Below are positions 62,063 through 64,000 of a stretch of 64,000 bases of DNA, one piece after another. The position numbers were made by a program, and so were the translations under genes. The stretch spans positions 310,001 through 374,000 of the forward strand of contig JAMDHS010000005.1 in NCBI GenBank assembly GCA_029717555.1, read 5' to 3'. This DNA is from Peribolospora baueri. Taxonomy: Eukaryota. The notes below the pieces were generated by a model. The model was not told the origin of the DNA, made no database searches, and worked only from the letters and a program-made list of their open reading frames with translations. Position 1 is the first letter of the stretch, and every line of letters begins with the position of its first letter.

Positions 62063-63812
62063 TCACGCGTCTTGGGCCAAGGTCGACACCGCTCGCTTTG
62101 CAGCAAGCGCCTCGCGACGGCTGGTCGACGCGGGGTCGAGGTAGGGCTTATTAAAAGTGAAGCGAGGAAGCGAGCGGAGGTTAGAAAGAAGTTTGACGAG
62201 ACGCCCCTGCCCGTCTCTTTTCCTTCCTTCCACGCACCTTCTCGCCGACACCAACGGCCCTCGCACCCGTGCGCTTTCCGAGGTGGTCGTAGTCGGGCCT
62301 ACAAGTTTTACGGGGAGAAGAGAGAAAGTCATGCACCAGCCATCGGTCGTCATCCCGTGGTACGGCACTATCAAGAGATGCTCACGTCGCTGCGTGGTAA
62401 ACGCTACGATTGTCCCAGATCCTGATGATCGGGACAAATCAAAAAAAGAAAAAGACATAGGAAGGTCAGGCGGTAGGAAAGAAAAAAAAAGTCTACACGG
62501 AGAAAGAGACCGGCTGGCCAGCCACTTACGCGAGATCATTCTTGTTCCACTTGAGCCTGACTTGCAGGTCGTGGTTGTGAACGACGAGCGCCTCAAAGTA
62601 CTTCAAGAGCTTCTCGCTCTCGAATGGCGTCAGGCCGTCCAGGTGCGAGACGTGATGTCCAAACCCGAAGATGCTCTTCCACCCGGTCACCGGGTTGGTC
62701 CGAACGACGGGATGCTTCGCTTCGAGGACCTCGCCCACATTCAAAGGCGAGCCGCGAGGTTGGGTGTAAAGCTCGAAGCCGGCTCGGGCGGCCGTTTCGT
62801 TGAATTTGGGCTGGGCGTAGGTCGCCGTGAGGGTGTCGAGAAAGGCGCGGACGGGAGCGCTGATCCGGTCGTAGACTTCGTAACCGGACGCCCAGAGCGT
62901 GTCACCGCCAGCTGTGGAGGAGATCACGAGGGTGATTTGGACGTGAGATGTCCCAAACTTGACCGAGACATCAGAGGTTTCAAAGCGGCTCCTCACTTTC
63001 AGGCAGCGTATGAACCTTGAGGATAGAGTAATCGGCAGGGACGGGCTCGAACGTGATGCTGGGAACCAAAGCGCACTAGGCATGCGTCCAGCTATCTCGA
63101 CAAATCTCCAAGCGCTCCGTCCCCAAAAGACCAACTCACTCGGAATGCCACTCGTCGCTCAAAAACTTCCTGTCCCCCCAGCCATACGTCAGTCTCCTCT
63201 CGCTGCTGATCACGCTGACCTCATTGTCCTTGTTCAAATCGCCACGCTCGTTGACGATGTCGCCGCGACCTCCGTTCGAGACGGGGTGGATGTGGAGGCC
63301 CGATTCGGCAGGCTTGTCGGTGAGATGGCCGAGAAGGTTTGCGAGTTCTTTTTGCTGGTCGATCTCGATGCTTTATGGAGCGACGAAAACGGACCGTCAG
63401 AAATGGGCACGGTGGTGCGCGGCTGTGTCTCGTGAAAGGAGGCGAAAGAGCACTCACCTTTGGTTACGGAAGAAGACGACGCCGCGCTCGCTGACTGTCG
63501 CAGAATAATTCCCCAACCTCAAACTTACTTTAGCTTTCGCACTATTCAAAGCGCTCCGGAGAATAGCGTAGCCAACATCGACCACACACCAGTGATAGCG
63601 AGGTCGCGAATCAGCTCGTCCTTGTTCTCTGCATTAAGCAGGTCAGTCAGCTGGACGTCAGGAAACTCGCGGCCGATTACGGGCGTCACGTCGAATGACC
63701 TGAACTGGTCCAGCACGCCCTTCTTCTGTAGCGGCTCCGAGCGGAGCTTGGCAGAGGCGGAAGGAGACACCAGAGTGGTTCGGGAGGAGGACACGTCGGC
63801 GGTGGGGGGCAT
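62063..63812 (-). CDS. TauD/TfdA family 2-oxoglutarate-dependent (sulfonate) dioxygenase, JLP1-like; ~8 exons
   Basis: DVTPVIGREF, RDLAIT|VSERGVVFFRNQ, LHIHP, EWHSD|ITFE..PADYS (HxD), GGDTLWASGY, HPVVRTNPVTGWKS, QVRLKW..NDLA|IWDNRSVYHAAT, VGEK|PYLDP. Confidence 0.95.
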
Positions 63813-64000
63813 AGTTGCTGAATCAAAGATCAGATGGAAGCGCAAATGTGGAAAGGGTGAAGGTCAGGTGCGTTCGCCGACTGGAGTCAAGGAGTCTGAA
63901 GGACAGGACGGCCACTCTCGCCCGGCTTAAATACTTCGCTCGTCAACCTTGCTACAACTTGCTCTAGTACTTCGTACTGCGTCCTCTCTCCTTATTTCCA

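Overview
Intron-rich, GC-rich fungal DNA that looks basidiomycete (short GT-AG introns, CTRAC-type branch points often well upstream of the acceptor, pyrimidine-rich UTRs). I spliced 19 apparently intact protein-coding genes and one decayed gene by hand. In order: VAP/SCS2, derlin, GH16 glucanase, an uncharacterised GPI-type protein, an amino-acid-transporter-like protein, a large uncharacterised multi-pass membrane protein, NDUFA12, an orphan 42-aa tandem-repeat protein, a heme oxygenase pseudogene, ALKBH7-like dioxygenase, ERG4, a CBM19-like secreted protein, TAF8, a Sel1-like/zinc-finger protein, IMP1, DcpS, a Far1/Ste5-type RING-PH-vWA scaffold, glycerol kinase, Nur1/Mug154-like protein and a TauD/JLP1-like dioxygenase. 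I saw no tRNA, rRNA, CRISPR array or intact transposon. Most ORFs in the supplied track are shadow ORFs of GC-rich sequence. The most notable signals are 2-nt, 3-nt and 11-nt microexons needed to rebuild conserved ERG4 motifs, the exact 126-nt/42-aa 'GWxxGGGQS' repeat array, the multiply-lesioned heme oxygenase, and a candidate non-AUG mitochondrial N-terminal extension of glycerol kinase. All family calls come from motif recognition, not database searches.
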